Shown here: piece after piece, positions 41,151-53,509 of the stretch
How the letters are laid out: each line of letters opens with the position of its first letter
How positions within the stretch are numbered: the stretch's first letter is position 1
Assembly: GCF_001194135.2 (NCBI RefSeq)
Contig: NC_068981.1
Location: 78,278,045-78,342,044 of the forward strand
Direction of reading: 5' to 3'
Length of the DNA stretch: 64,000 nt
From: Octopus bimaculoides
Lineage: Eukaryota
Notes under the pieces: model-generated
What the model was told of the DNA's origin: nothing
Databases searched by the model: none
Seen by the model: only the letters and a program-made list of their open reading frames with translations
Position numbers and translations under genes: made by a program

Positions 41151-42826
41151 AATAGAACATCAGTTGCATAAACCTTATCTCAGCCTTGAAAGGCTTGCAG
41201 AGTATTCTGGGGGTGCCAAATGCATGAAAAAAAAAACAGTAAAGTTAATATCAGCATCAAAACATTAACTTGAAATAAATTATCTGCTAAGGTTAAAACA
41301 ATATTAATCAATGGCTTTTGCAGTTTTTTTTCCTTCTAATACTCTATTGTTTCTCTACAAATGTAAAGCTTATTTATTCACACTGTTTTAAATTAATCAT
41401 GTATTATCTTGTAGCTTTGAGAGTTCAACAATGTGATTTTTGCATTGTTAGAACGACATTGCAGGTTGGTGTGAGAGGTTTGATCTGGCTGGGTTGAGCA
41501 TAAAATAGATAAAATATTCGAGCCAGATATGGCTAGTTTAAATGTTAATGGGTTAATAATTAAATAGTTTTGCACATGATTGTGATATTAGAGTACTGCT
41601 ATTGTGGTCTCTTTGTTTTAGTTTCAAATTCCACACAGATTAACTTTGGCTTTCATCCCTTAAGAGCTGATCAAATAAGTATTGGGGACACATTCACGTT
41701 GAATCAATTCAACTATATTTCTTCTCATAAACATTTATGAAATTGCTCGAGTATTTTTGTGTGTGCTTTATTTGCATTGTAACTTGTAAAAGGAAGTGTA
41801 TTAAAAGAGTTCTTAGCTGGAATTATCTAAATAAAGTTGTATCTTACAAAAAATAGAACAGCAGCTATATATTTTTTTCTCTAGTTTCTGCTATTATAGT
41901 AATAAATCTTGTTGGTATGTTTAAACCCATTATCTTTTTGTCCATGAACTTTTTCTTGACAAGCTTATCAATTGGATAAGCCACGGCCTACAAAAATTAT
42001 ATAATCTTCAGCAACAGAATACATTCTGAAAGTTACTTGTAGAAAACATAAATAAATAAATAAATAAGTAAATAAATACAGATATATATAAAACTTTAAA
42101 GCAAATTTTTACAGATTTTAATATTTCCTATTCTTTTTGCTTTGCTTACTGATATCAAAAAGTTTTTAAAAGAAAAAAGAAGAAATTCGTTCTTCAGAAA
42201 AATTTTATATTTATTGTAATTCTATAGTTCCAAACACAAAACATTAAACACATTGTTCAACATTTGATATTCTTAACATTTCGAGTCAATAAAACTGTTA
42301 GACTTTTACAAATTACCAGAAACTTGACCAAGTAATTATAATAGTTCCATAAAAAGATCTATATAGATTAAGTCATTCTTGCTTTGGCCCCACCATTATC
42401 ATTATTTAAGGAATCCTTACAGCTGTTTATAACTTTTAATGAAAGAACTTGGATGACACTAATATCTCATGAAAGCTACAATTCCAATAATTCAGTTTAC
42501 AGACAGTTTCACCTTTTCCATTGAAGTTTTAAACTCAAATTTGTAGTTGTTATCACTTGAAATTTCTTTAATTTTATTTGAGCTTGACTTTGCGTTTTTT
42601 TATGCCTTGTGATTTTTCAAGTTTAAATCCTGTTTGAATCAAATCTTCATTCTTTGGCATCAATTTAAAATATAATATTGAGTTAATCAACAATAAACCT
42701 GCCTTGGTGAAAACAAAATGCCAAAACAATTCTGCAAAGTTATAAATTCATTCAATATCACAAATAGCTGTTTGTAGAAAAGGACTGAACACTTGAATGC
42801 TTTCCTTTTTATCATTTTATCAAGTA

Positions 42827-42875
<49 letters not shown>

Positions 42876-42984
42876 CATTATTATTATTATTATTATTTCA
42901 CATACACAGAACAGATTAGACTGTTGGAAAAGAAAAATTCCTTATATTGGGCTACAATATTATTATTATTACTATTATTGTGAA

Positions 42985-43105
42985 AGCGCATGGCCTAATG
43001 GTTAGGCTGTTGCACTCATGATTGTTAGAGTATGAGTTCAATTCCCTGACTGGGTGGTGCATTGTGTTTTTGAGCAAAACACTTCATTTCACATTGCTCT
43101 AGTTC
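42985..43105 (+). mobile_element. tRNA-SINE 5' part (same core family as 1268-1612)
   Basis: GCGCATGGCCTAATGGTTAGG...GAGTTCAATTCCC...GTGTTTTTGAGCAAAACACTTCATTTCAC; truncated where an ATT-tailed SINE begins. Confidence 0.7.
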
Positions 43106-43109
43106 CCAT

Positions 43110-43326
43110 TAAAGGCAGCAAACTAGCAGAATCATTAGTATTCTGAGCAAAATTCTTAGCGGTATTTTGCCTGTCTTTACATTCTGAGTTCAAATTCCGC
43201 TGAGGTCAACTTTGTCTTTCATCCTTTCGGGGCTCAATAAATCAAGTACCAGTGAAACACTGGGGTCAGTGTAATTGACTAGTCCCCTCCCCCAAAATGT
43301 CAGGCCTTGTGCCTTTAGTAGAAAGG

Positions 43327-43360
<34 letters not shown>

Positions 43361-43600
43361 CACCAAACTGGCAGAATCATTAGCATGCCAGACAAAATGC
43401 TTAGCAGTATTTCGTCTGTCACAACATTCTGTGTTAAAATTCTGCTGAGGTCGATTTTGCCTTTCATCCTTTGAGGTTCAATAAATCAAGTACCAGTGGA
43501 GTACTGGAGTCAATGTGATTGACTGTCCTCCTCCCCACAAAATCCAGGCCTTGTGCCTATAGTAGAAAGAATTATTATTATTATCATTATTATTATTATT
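43110..43600 (+). mobile_element. Two head-to-tail copies of an (ATT)n-tailed SINE-like element
   Basis: Each ~240-bp unit reads GGCAGAATCATTAG...GAGTTCAAATTCCGCTGAGGTC...CAGGCCTTGTGCCT.TAGTAGAAAGGATTATTATT. Other copies at 2700-2920 (+) and ~17840-18105 (+). Confidence 0.8.
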
Positions 43601-44000
43601 ATATAGAGAGAAGAGTTCTTTACTTGTATACGATTGACATAATCCATCACTAAGATAAACATAGCTGACGTAATCCATCACCAAGGCAAACTTAATGACG
43701 AAAAGCGTTACTCAAAAGCAACAGTTGTTTATTTGTAGTTGAACTATATTTCTGCATCTCGTGTGCCTTCCACAGGTTCAAAATAAACATGTCAGTCTAA
43801 TTCATTTTTTAGTTTATATAGAACTGAAGTAACTCAACAGAAGTTATATAGATATAGAGAGAAGAGTTCTTTACTTGTATACGATTGACACAATCCATCA
43901 CTAAAGTAAACATAGCTTACGTAATCCATCACCAAGGCAAACTTGTTGGCCTTGTGCCAAAATTTGAAATCATTATTATTAATACAGAAATCATTATTAA

Positions 44001-44186
44001 TTAATATTTAAGAGATGAGGAATTATGTACATTATTTACATTTGACGGATATTTGTCCTCATCTTGTTTGTTGTTAACATGTTTCGGCTGATATACCCAC
44101 CAGCCTTCATCAGGTGTCTGGAGAAAATTTCAAACCTGGGTTCTCATTCCTGAGGTATTTTTTCAATGTCATCATCATCATCATCA

Positions 44187-44255
<69 letters not shown>

Positions 44256-44501
44256 TCACTGCCTGGTATCAAACTTGGAATCTTATCTTAGGGTTAGTAG
44301 CCACTATGCCATATGCTCAAGTTCAATTCCAGGCTGTGACCTGAATAATAATAATAATGACATTGAAAAATATCTCAGGAATGAGAATCCAGGTTCAAAA
44401 TTTCCCCAAGACACCTGATGAAGGCTGGAGGGTATATCAGCCGAAATGTTGTGTTAACAACAAACGAGATGAGGACAAATATCCGTCAAAAGTAAATAAT
44501 G
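44001..44501. mobile_element. Fold-back tRNA-SINE/hammerhead element (copy 2), centre partly deleted
   Basis: Arms ~44030-44266 and ~44328-44501 are near-perfect reverse complements apart from the (ATT)n length. It shares the left-only extension ATTTAAGAGATGAGGAAT with copy 1. Confidence 0.88.
44410..44455 (+). ncRNA. Minimal type I hammerhead ribozyme motif on the sdk sense strand
   Basis: GACAC(44410-14)-CTGATGA(44415-21)-A-GGCTG/CAGCC stem II(44423-42)-GAAA(44443-46)-TGTT-GTGTT(44451-55). A mirror copy lies on the minus strand at ~44076-44118 with a small deletion after GAAA. Confidence 0.62.
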
Positions 44502-44574
44502 CATTATTATTGTTATTGTTATTATTATCTATTTACTTATTGATTTATATCTTTTCTCACATCTTTGCTTGTAG

Positions 44575-44865
44575 ATATCAGCTCTTTTGATATGACCTCA
44601 ATACCTCAAACAATCAGGGCTAATGTTGGAGACGCCATTATTTTACCTGTACCTCCTATAGAAAGTGTGCCTTTTCCTGAAATAACGTGGTTCAATGGGA
44701 CAAAAAGCTTAAAAGCTGAAAGTAAACGTTATGACTTTACTGTAAACCATTCATTAGTCTTATTGAATTTGTCTCCTCATGATGATGGCAGGACCTTCCA
44801 TGTCAGAGCCAACAACACGCTAGATGAACCAGTTTCCAGTGAATCTTTCACTATTTTCATTACAA
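44575..44865 (+). CDS. sdk: Sidekick-like protein, internal exon encoding Ig2
   Basis: Acceptor ctttgcttgtAG (44573-44574), donor A|GTAAGA (44866). T from the previous exon + AT = Tyr, giving YISSFDMTSIPQTIRANVGDAIILPVPPIESVPFPEITWFNG...SLVLLNLSPHDDGRTFHVRANNTLDEPVSSESFTIFIT. Lacks the canonical Ig cysteines, as does Sidekick Ig2 in my recollection. Confidence 0.88.
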
Positions 44866-46484
44866 GTAAGAAATTATCTTTGTTAATTGTTGTCATGTTA
44901 CATTTTTATTTTTCTTCCTTGTCATCTCTTTTTGTTTTATTTATTTATTTATTTATTTTTGTTGTTGTACCATAACTTTTTTCAACTCCAATTCTTCCAA
45001 GAATGCTTTTATTTAAGTATTCAGAACTTAAATTCTGATCTTGAAGAGAAATTTCATAATCATCATCTAACATCTATGTTCCATTCTGGCATGAGTTGGA
45101 TGGTTTGACAAGAATCCAATGAGTCAAGGACTGCATCACTGTCTGCTTTGACATGGTTTCTATGGCTGGATACCCTTCCTAATGCCAACCACTTGACAGT
45201 GTGTACTGGGTGCTGTTTTCCTGTCACTGGCACTGTTGAGGTCACCATGTAGCTTGCATGTCAACAAACACAGAGAGAGGATAATAGATTTCAAGAGACA
45301 TACATTAGTCTAGTCTTGTTGTGTTCAACTTTAGTTATTTCACTAAACCTCTCATAATTCTTAGTCATTTTGAAAATTAAGCATAAAAATGTGTAGTACT
45401 AGGAAACCAGCCACATTGTCATAATTTCAAAGTTTATAACTTTTCTTCTTAGCAATCTCTTCTTGTTCCAGTTTATCTGAGTGTGGTTAGTCATAAAAAG
45501 GCATTTAACTGTAATAGGAATTGTTTTCACATAGAACAACATATATGAAATAGAATGGAACCATATTTTAATGATTCTTTCAATGAGAAGCTGGAAAATC
45601 ACATGGTTTCACTCTCTTAACATGTTATGGATTAGAGTATCAAGAATGTTAATATACTTGCTAGCAGACTGGCCTATGTAGGTCGGTAGATAAGCTAATG
45701 TGGTCATTTGGTGTTGCAGCGACATTAACCAAACTCTCAAATCCCTCCTGTCAACTTAAACTGGAGACTCTTGAGTTATTGTATGTCTGGATGATAAGAA
45801 CAAATAGTCAAAGACAGAATGTCTCTCCTCATAAGTCTGCCTCTAACAATATCAGTATGGTTGATGGAGGTGGAGCAACATAAAAATTAATGGAACACCC
45901 TTAGGATGAGTTGATAGTTTAAATATTTTGGAACCATCACAATATTAGATAGGAAAATTTGATAAAAATTTCATTGCAAATTATATTTATGCCTTGAGAG
46001 AATTCAACAAAAAATGGAAGCCTTTCCTAAAATACATCATTATGTTAATTATAAAGAACTAATGGCTGTTTCTCTGTTGGTTTATGTGATGAGCATTCAT
46101 TACTTGATCATGTGAATTCCTATTTGTAAAATTAACTTGTAAGTGGTTGAATATTCCAGTTACATGTCCCTTTAACATTCTTCTAGGATAAAATAATCAT
46201 AAGGCTGTGATAAGGCTGGACCTTTAATTACAGGTACAATATAGAGAGAGAGAAAAGAAGAAATGACTCCACTACTGAGCTGCACTTAATTTATCAATCA
46301 TGTATGGATGAATGACTAAGCTGACTTTAGTGCAATTTGAACTCAGAGTACATTAAGCCTTAATTAGTACCACTAGACATTCTATCCAATGCTGCAACTA
46401 ATCTGCCAATTCACCACCTTAAAGTATAATTAGGAATGTTATAAGTTATGTTGTATACCAGGTATAGACATAACAGAACAAAGT

Positions 46485-47235
46485 ATTGATAATATCCATT
46501 ATGCAGATGACACAGTCTTCATTGTCACAACAAGTAAAGATATTTAAACATTACTTAGTACGATTAATGAAGAGAGTAAAAATATGGATCCAGATCTTCA
46601 AAAAATAAGCAAATAAGAGAGATACAGACAATATTAATCTCAAAAATCCTGTAAATTTACAATATAATAATTAATGGAACACTCTTGAGATAAGTTAATA
46701 GTTTTAAATATTTGGGAATCATCATTACATCAGATTGGAAAGAAATAAGTCAAGGATTAGATAGGCCAGTGTTGCTTTTGATGAGGTCAATCATATATTG
46801 CTAACTGAAAGGCTATCAATAATTGTAAGAAAAAAGGTCTTTTGAAGGTACATGGACCCCATCTTTACATAAATTTGAATGACTTGAAACATCAACTAAC
46901 AAGTTCAAAGCCTTATTATAATTACAATCACATAGTTCCTTAAAAGAATGATGAAGGTGACTTTTACTGATAAACTGATAAACAGTGAGGTCCTTAGAGA
47001 AGCAAAGGCCACCAGAAAGCTTTTCAACAATGTAAGAAGAAAACAGGCTCAGTTCATTGGAGATTATATATTGAAGGTGGGGAAAAAAGCAGCCTCGAGT
47101 AGATGATGACAACTAGGTAACTGGAAGGAAGAAGGAGCTAGGGAAGACAGAGAGATGGCTACCAGAAAAAGCAACCCAACAGGACAAAAAGGCATAAAAT
47201 TTCAGGATCACCAACACATGTAGGCATGACACGCT
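46485..47235 (+). mobile_element. Old RTE-clade LINE remnant
   Basis: HYADDTVFIV (YADD at 46500-46511) and VNSFKYLGIIIT, with stops and frameshifts; GGAAGAAGGAGC-AGGG-AAGACAGAG (GRR.RGRQ-like) near 47125-47150. Confidence 0.7.
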
Positions 47236-48195
47236 GAGCAAGAGAGAGTTATATCATTGTTTCTCATAAGGGAAGCTTATAAAAGTTAAAACAGAGGCAG
47301 TCAAACTGCATGGTTAGTAATAAAATTAAAATAGCTTTAAACTTTTAAACACTTGCAGCACTATGATGAAGAAAGAAGACTTATATGAATGCAAACTCTA
47401 TTTTTATTTCTCATTCATAAAGAGGGAGTGCTAGAGCAAATGAATTCATTAATACTTTTAAGTGGAAGTCCAATATTAGTTTCTTTTCAACGACATTTCT
47501 ACACCCGTAACTAATGATTAGGAGTTCAATACTGTGAACTATTGAAACCATCAGTTATTTTGTTTCTACTGCTCACACTAATGAGCTATATACTTCCACA
47601 CTATACTAATTTTTTGCTAGTTTGACCAGTTGGAAATATATATATCTTTGCTGAGACATAATACAATGTTAGCAATAGAAGATGAACCATCAACTAGGCT
47701 AATTGTGATTCTATTATAAATATATATAAAGTTGTCATTTCAATGATGTTTCTTTTTATCAAGCTGTTGATTGTTTTAGTTTTATCAACAAAACCATTCC
47801 TACTTCAATGCTCAAGAAATAAAAATAAAATAAGATCTGCATATTAAAAACAAAAAGTCAAAAGAAACAATCTTCAAGTAAAAGCATTTTTTCCTCTGTG
47901 TTTTTCTTGGCGGTGGTGTTGGTGGTGGTGTTATTTGCCTGATTTTATTTCTATTCAATTATTTGATAATAGTCACTGTAACTTGTTTTTCTCTTAAATT
48001 ATATTTGAAAAATATTTAAAATCTTTTTGTTGGTTTTATTTTCTTATGTATGAAGCAGTTTTCAAAAAAATTTTCTCCTTTTGTTTTTTCTTTTTATAAG
48101 AAAATAGCTCTTCTAGAACATAAAAAAAAATATATTTTAAATGAAATTAATGATAAAATTAATGACTTTTAATGTTAATATTGACTAATTTTCAG

Positions 48196-48301
48196 ATCCT
48201 AGAAATATAGAAAGAATTGCTCCAACAATTGTTGTTCCTCCCGTTGATACAACTACTAACAACAATGAAATCACTCAATTTATCTGTATCGTCAATGCTA
48301 G
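48196..48301 (+). CDS. sdk: Sidekick-like protein, 106-nt exon encoding the N-terminal half of Ig3
   Basis: Not in the ORF track. Acceptor aattttcAG (48194-48195), donor AG|GTAACC (48302); phase 1 in, phase 2 out (2+34x3+2 nt). Translation (N)PRNIERIAPTIVVPPVDTTTNNNEITQFICIVNA(R) contains APTIVVPP and the first Ig cysteine. Confidence 0.87.
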
Positions 48302-49555
48302 GTAACCTGAAAGTTTTCTATTTTCTTTCTCTTTAAGTGTTTTTTTTTTGTTTTTGTTTTTCTTCAACTAGTGTCTTGTTTGTTGTACACATAAAACATT
48401 TGCACACTTTTAAGAGTATCACTTAGATGGATTTGCTGACATTTCGACTGATTGATTTCATTGAAGCATGTAAGGTTTCTTGTGCAATTCTTATTCTAAA
48501 GTTGACTCTCACCTAATAATAGATATTTTATGGATTGAACCAGTCATGAAAAGGAATGTGGGAATGGCAAACCATTTGTGTAACAACGGTTAGTATTGGA
48601 AGAAATGATGGAAATATGTTGAAATAAAAGAAAACAGATGTTAAAGCCTTGGAAGTGGAGGTGATAATGAAGTAAGTGAAGACGATGGAAAGATAGAGAA
48701 GAAGTAGGAAGAGTAGGGGAGTGACTGTGGTTGTTGGATTTTAGGATATTGATGATAAAGTTAGCTTTAACTGACAGTTAATGAAACTGAAGGAATGCAG
48801 ACTAGGCATGATTCTGAAAATTTTAGCATAGGCACTAAACTAAAGATAAATCAAGTCTGAAAGAATTGTACATCAACAGGACTCCAAATGATATGTTTTC
48901 TTGCAGTATAATGTTTTTCTTATTTCCTGTTCGGAGTGTTGAAGGGTGTCACATGAGAGGTCATGCGAGGTGAGTGTAGCACTTATACAATGGTCATTCT
49001 TTTGCAATGAAATGATTGCTATCCCAACACCCCCACCTGTATATTTTCAGTTATCTTCTGGAACACTGGTATCTGAAGTAATATCTTTGGACAGTTTATA
49101 TGTGACCAAGTAGAAGAGTGCAACAGAACACATATGTGCTGAGAGAATGAAAGTAGGCTTTAAAATCCTCACCATGTAAGCAGGAGAGATGATTGAGAAA
49201 TGTGATAGGAATGAACAATGAGTGCTGGGTAAAAGAAAAATTGCCATCCACTAACAGTTCAAATTAACTGTAGTTGTAGAAGACCAAGGGACTTTGAATG
49301 ACCTGTACAACCCATGCCAACAGATATTAAGATGCTTGTTGGCATGGAGTGATGACTGAGTTCAAATATCAGACTGCAGCTATATTTAAGAACTTTCTTC
49401 ACAGACAAGGTTTCTAGTTGACCATATAGACCCTAGTTGTTATTTCAGTCTGGTATATATTCTATTGGTCACTTTTGCTAAACTAATAAGTTTGGGGAAA
49501 ATAAATACATCCAACACCAGTTGTCAAGCAGTAGGAGAGGACAAGCACAATAACA

Positions 49556-50178
49556 AGCATACGGAGAGATGATTCAGGAAGTGGATGATTTTGTGTACTT
49601 GAGATCCACAATCAGCACCAGTGAATCAAACACACCAGAGATACAGAGAACATCTGGGAGAGTCATGGCGTGTCAATGCTGCTGAAGATAAGGTTATTTC
49701 GGTCTGCCGCTTTCTCTGTTGTGATGTACGGCTGCGAGTCATGGACAATGTTGAAGGCAGACGAGAAAAGAGTGAGCGCTTTTGAAATGTGGTGTTACCG
49801 CAGAATCCTTAGTGTGTCGTGGACGGAAAGAAGGACAAACAACTGGGTACAAGAAAAGCTCTGTTGCGAGATGACACTTCGGCAAAACATCATGAAGAGG
49901 AAGCTATGGTTCTTTGGCTACGTCATGCGCCGGGGTGGACTTGAGCGAATGATCATAACTGGCAAAGTGAACGGCAGACGTAAAAGAGGCAGACNNNNNN
50001 NNNNGGCAAAGTGAACGGCAGACGTAAAAGAGGCAGACCACCCACTTCTTGGCTGAAAGACATCGCAGCCACAGGATTGTCTTTATTCTCAGCTGTCCAT
50101 AGGGTAGAGGACAAGAGAAGATGGCAAGACATCGTGATGACCATAGCATCGCATAGTGCAACACCTGACTAGAAGAAG
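49556..50178 (+). mobile_element. RTE (BovB-like) LINE 3' fragment
   Basis: EVDDFVYL..., MYGCESWTMLKADEKRVSAFEMWCYRRILSVSWTERRTN...GKVNGRRKRGRPPTSWLKDI; AGAAGAAGA tail; CpG-rich. Confidence 0.85.
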
Positions 50179-50513
50179 ATATGTATATTTGAAAAAAAAT
50201 AATAGAAATTGCTTTTCTGATAATTTTTCCACTTTAATAATTAGATATTTACAAATCATGAATTTGTTGTGAGTTTCTCATTTACAAGCAGTTTTCAAAC
50301 TGATAGAGCTTGTTATACACTGTGCAGATAAGACTGTTGAAATACAAGCACACTCTTTCACACACACACACCCACACACATATATATCTATGTAGACATA
50401 CACAGATAAGGGGAAAGGAGAAAGAAGTAGATCAACAATAAAATTCTAAGTTGGTCAGTTTTAGTTCGAAATGGTGCCATAAAGTGTCTGTTTAGTAGCA
50501 GCACACATATGGA

Positions 50514-50552
<39 letters not shown>

Positions 50553-50565
50553 CAAAGTATGTGTT

Positions 50566-50636
<71 letters not shown>

Positions 50637-50795
50637 CTATACATATATACACATGCAAATATATATATTATTAATACACACTTGTACTCACACATATATA
50701 TGTAAAAATGAGAAAATGACTATTCACACACACACATGTGTATACACACATATACATCACAAAGATTTTTCCTATTCATTTATATGCATACTCAT

Positions 50796-50826
<31 letters not shown>

Positions 50827-51583
50827 CGTGTGCATGTATATATAGATACATANNNNNNNNNNAAATGACTATTCACACACACACATGTGTATACACACAT
50901 ATACATCACAAAAATTTTTCCTATTCATTTATATGCATACTCATATACATGTGTATATATATATATATATATACACGTGTGCATGTATATATAGATACAT
51001 ACATGCCATACATACACACACATACAGACATGTACTCACACACACACACGTGTGTGTGTGCGTGTATATATATATATAAACACACAAACACGACTACCTA
51101 TAAGTACATATGTATATGCAAAAACATCAGTACACACACCAGTGTATATATACAAATACATACACGCACAAAGAATCACACAGACACATCATATATGTAA
51201 ACACATATGTATATGCATACACATGTTAGCTATGTGTCTTCACTACATCAAACTTGTTCCTGTCTTCTCTATCACACTTAAACCTCTCAACACCTTTGTT
51301 ATTATATTCCCTCTCAGTTGAGGGGTTGTGAGTTACACAATAACTTCATTGGTACAAGTTCCATAAAATTAAAAGGCATCTAGTATGCTTGGTAAAATGG
51401 TTGACTTTAGGAAGGCCATCTGGTCAAAGAAACCACACCCAAACTGAGACACTGGAAGAAGAATATGATCATCCAAACATTTTAGATCTTGTCCCAACAC
51501 ACAAAACATGCCAACATGCAAAGTAGGCATGAAATTACGATGAAGATACACATACACATGCATATACACATATATATACACAT

Positions 51584-51639
<56 letters not shown>

Positions 51640-51974
51640 NNNNNNNNNNNNNNNNNNNNNNNNNNNNNNNNNNNNNNNNNNNNNNNNNNNNNNNNNNNNN
51701 NNNNNNNNNNNNNNNNNNNNNNNNNNNNNNNNNNNNNNNNNNNNNNNNNNNNNNNNNNNNNNNNNNNNNNNNNNNNNNNNNNNNNNNNNNNNNNNNNNNN
51801 NNNNNNNNNNNNNNNNNNNNNNNNNNNNNNNNNNNNNNNNNNNNNNNNNNNNNNNNNNNNNNNNNNNNNNNNNNNNNNNNNNNNNNNNNNNNNNNNNNNN
51901 NNNNNNNNNNNNNNNNNNNNNNNNNNNNNNNNNNNNNNNNNNNNNNNNNNNNNNNNNNNNNNNNNNNNNNNNNN

Positions 51975-52150
51975 CAGCAGACCTAAATGTGCTGCTGCCT
52001 GGGGTGGCCCTTCAGTTTGCTGCCCCCAACAGAAATACTTATTGCCTACAGCAGACCTAAATGTGGTGCTGCCTGGGGTGGCCCTTCAGTTTGCTGCCCC
52101 CAACAGAAATACTTATTGCCTACAGCAGACCTAAATGTGGTGCTGCCTGG
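51975..52150. repeat. GC-rich 74-bp tandem repeat (at least 2.4 copies, beside a gap)
   Basis: Units start at 51975, 52049 and 52123 (CAGCAGACCTAAATGTG...GAAATACTTATTGCCTA). Confidence 0.92.
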
Positions 52151-52725
52151 TGTTGACCACCCTCTTCACCTCCCTCTAGCTACACTAGTGGAACCGGAAC
52201 CCTGAATAACAATGAAGAAGCAAACTTCTTAAAAGAGTAACGCACTGGTATACTGATATAAATGTTGTACAAATAGCAACAAAATTACTACAATGAAATT
52301 GGAGTCCACTTCAGTTTTTGTTTTCTCTTCAGTTTATCTCAACTTTGCAGTTTTCCCATTTTATTTGTAATTGTTCATTTTGTGTGAAAGAGATAAGTTC
52401 ATATTTGGAGTGTTTTATAAGACTATATTAAAATAATACTTACATTTATCAGCCAGAAAGAATCAAGATTTTTGATTTCTATTAGATCTATGAACAACTC
52501 CGATATAACTCATGAGTGCTTTTCTTTCCTTGATGTAGACAGACATCTTATGGAATTCTGTTTGAAACAGACTAAATATATTTACATATATTGAAGTTAT
52601 TAATTTATATGCTGTGTTATATGTGTTCAATCATTTTCTATGCTTTGTAGTTTTTCATTCTTCTTCTTTTATTTTTTATATATATTGTTCTAAACTATGA
52701 TTTTTACCTTTTTTTTTTACATCTT

Positions 52726-52760
<35 letters not shown>

Positions 52761-52815
52761 TACATTCATATATATATATAGAGAGAGAGAGAGACAGACA
52801 GAGAGAAACACACAG

Positions 52816-52846
<31 letters not shown>

Positions 52847-53309
52847 TATGAACACTCACAAGCACACTTATATAAACACATGCACATACATACATATATT
52901 CATCATTATTTCACTGTCCACTTTTCTATACCCGCATGGAAATTTTGTATGTATCTATGTATGTGTGTTTGTGTGTGTATTGATATATATATATATATAT
53001 ATACTATATTATTATATATTATATTATATATACTATATTATTATATTATATATATATATATATATTATATTATTATATTATATATATATATAATATTATT
53101 ATATATATATATATATTATATATATATTATTATATATATATTATTATATATATATTATTATATATATTATATAATTATATATATTTATTATATTATATAT
53201 ATTTATTATGTTATATATATATTATAATATATATATATTATAGCATGAAAGATAGACGTTAAACGATGATGATATATACATATTATATCTGTTTTTGTTT
53301 TATTTTCAG

Positions 53310-53509
53310 ACCATTAAAATATAACATCTCATGGTTCCGAAAAGTGAAAAACGAAAGTATCTTACTTACTGGGCCTAAATACATTCTATCAAAATATAAA
53401 CGGAAATTAAATATTAAAAATCCTACTACAGCCGACAGTGGCATCTATGAATGTGTAGTGAAATCAAACTACCCCACTGTCAGAGCATCAGCTCGTCTTA
53501 CCGTACTAG
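53310..53509 (+). CDS. sdk: Sidekick-like protein, exon encoding the C-terminal half of Ig3
   Basis: Acceptor gttttattttcAG (53308-53309), donor G|GTAAGT (53510). AG+A = Arg continues the frame: (R)PLKYNISWFRKVKNESILLTGPKYILSKYKRKLNIKNPTTADSGIYECVVKSNYPTVRASARLTVL, with the Ig W and DSGxYxC motifs; phase 1 out. Confidence 0.88.

Noticed and set aside
48540-49350. Purine-rich stretch with faint resemblance (minus strand) to a Penelope ORF, plus an 11-bp hairpin at 49312-49347
   Set aside because: No diagnostic RT or GIY-YIG motif could be read; would need TBLASTN against PLE proteins.
49962-50033. Direct repeat GGCAAAGTGAACGGCAGACGTAAAAGAGGCAGAC on both sides of a 10-N gap
   Set aside because: Typical unmerged contig overlap; the RTE frame reads through if one copy is removed.
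50714-51000. ~140-bp tandem duplication across a 10-N gap
   Set aside because: Most likely an assembly overlap or two haplotypes, not a biological repeat.
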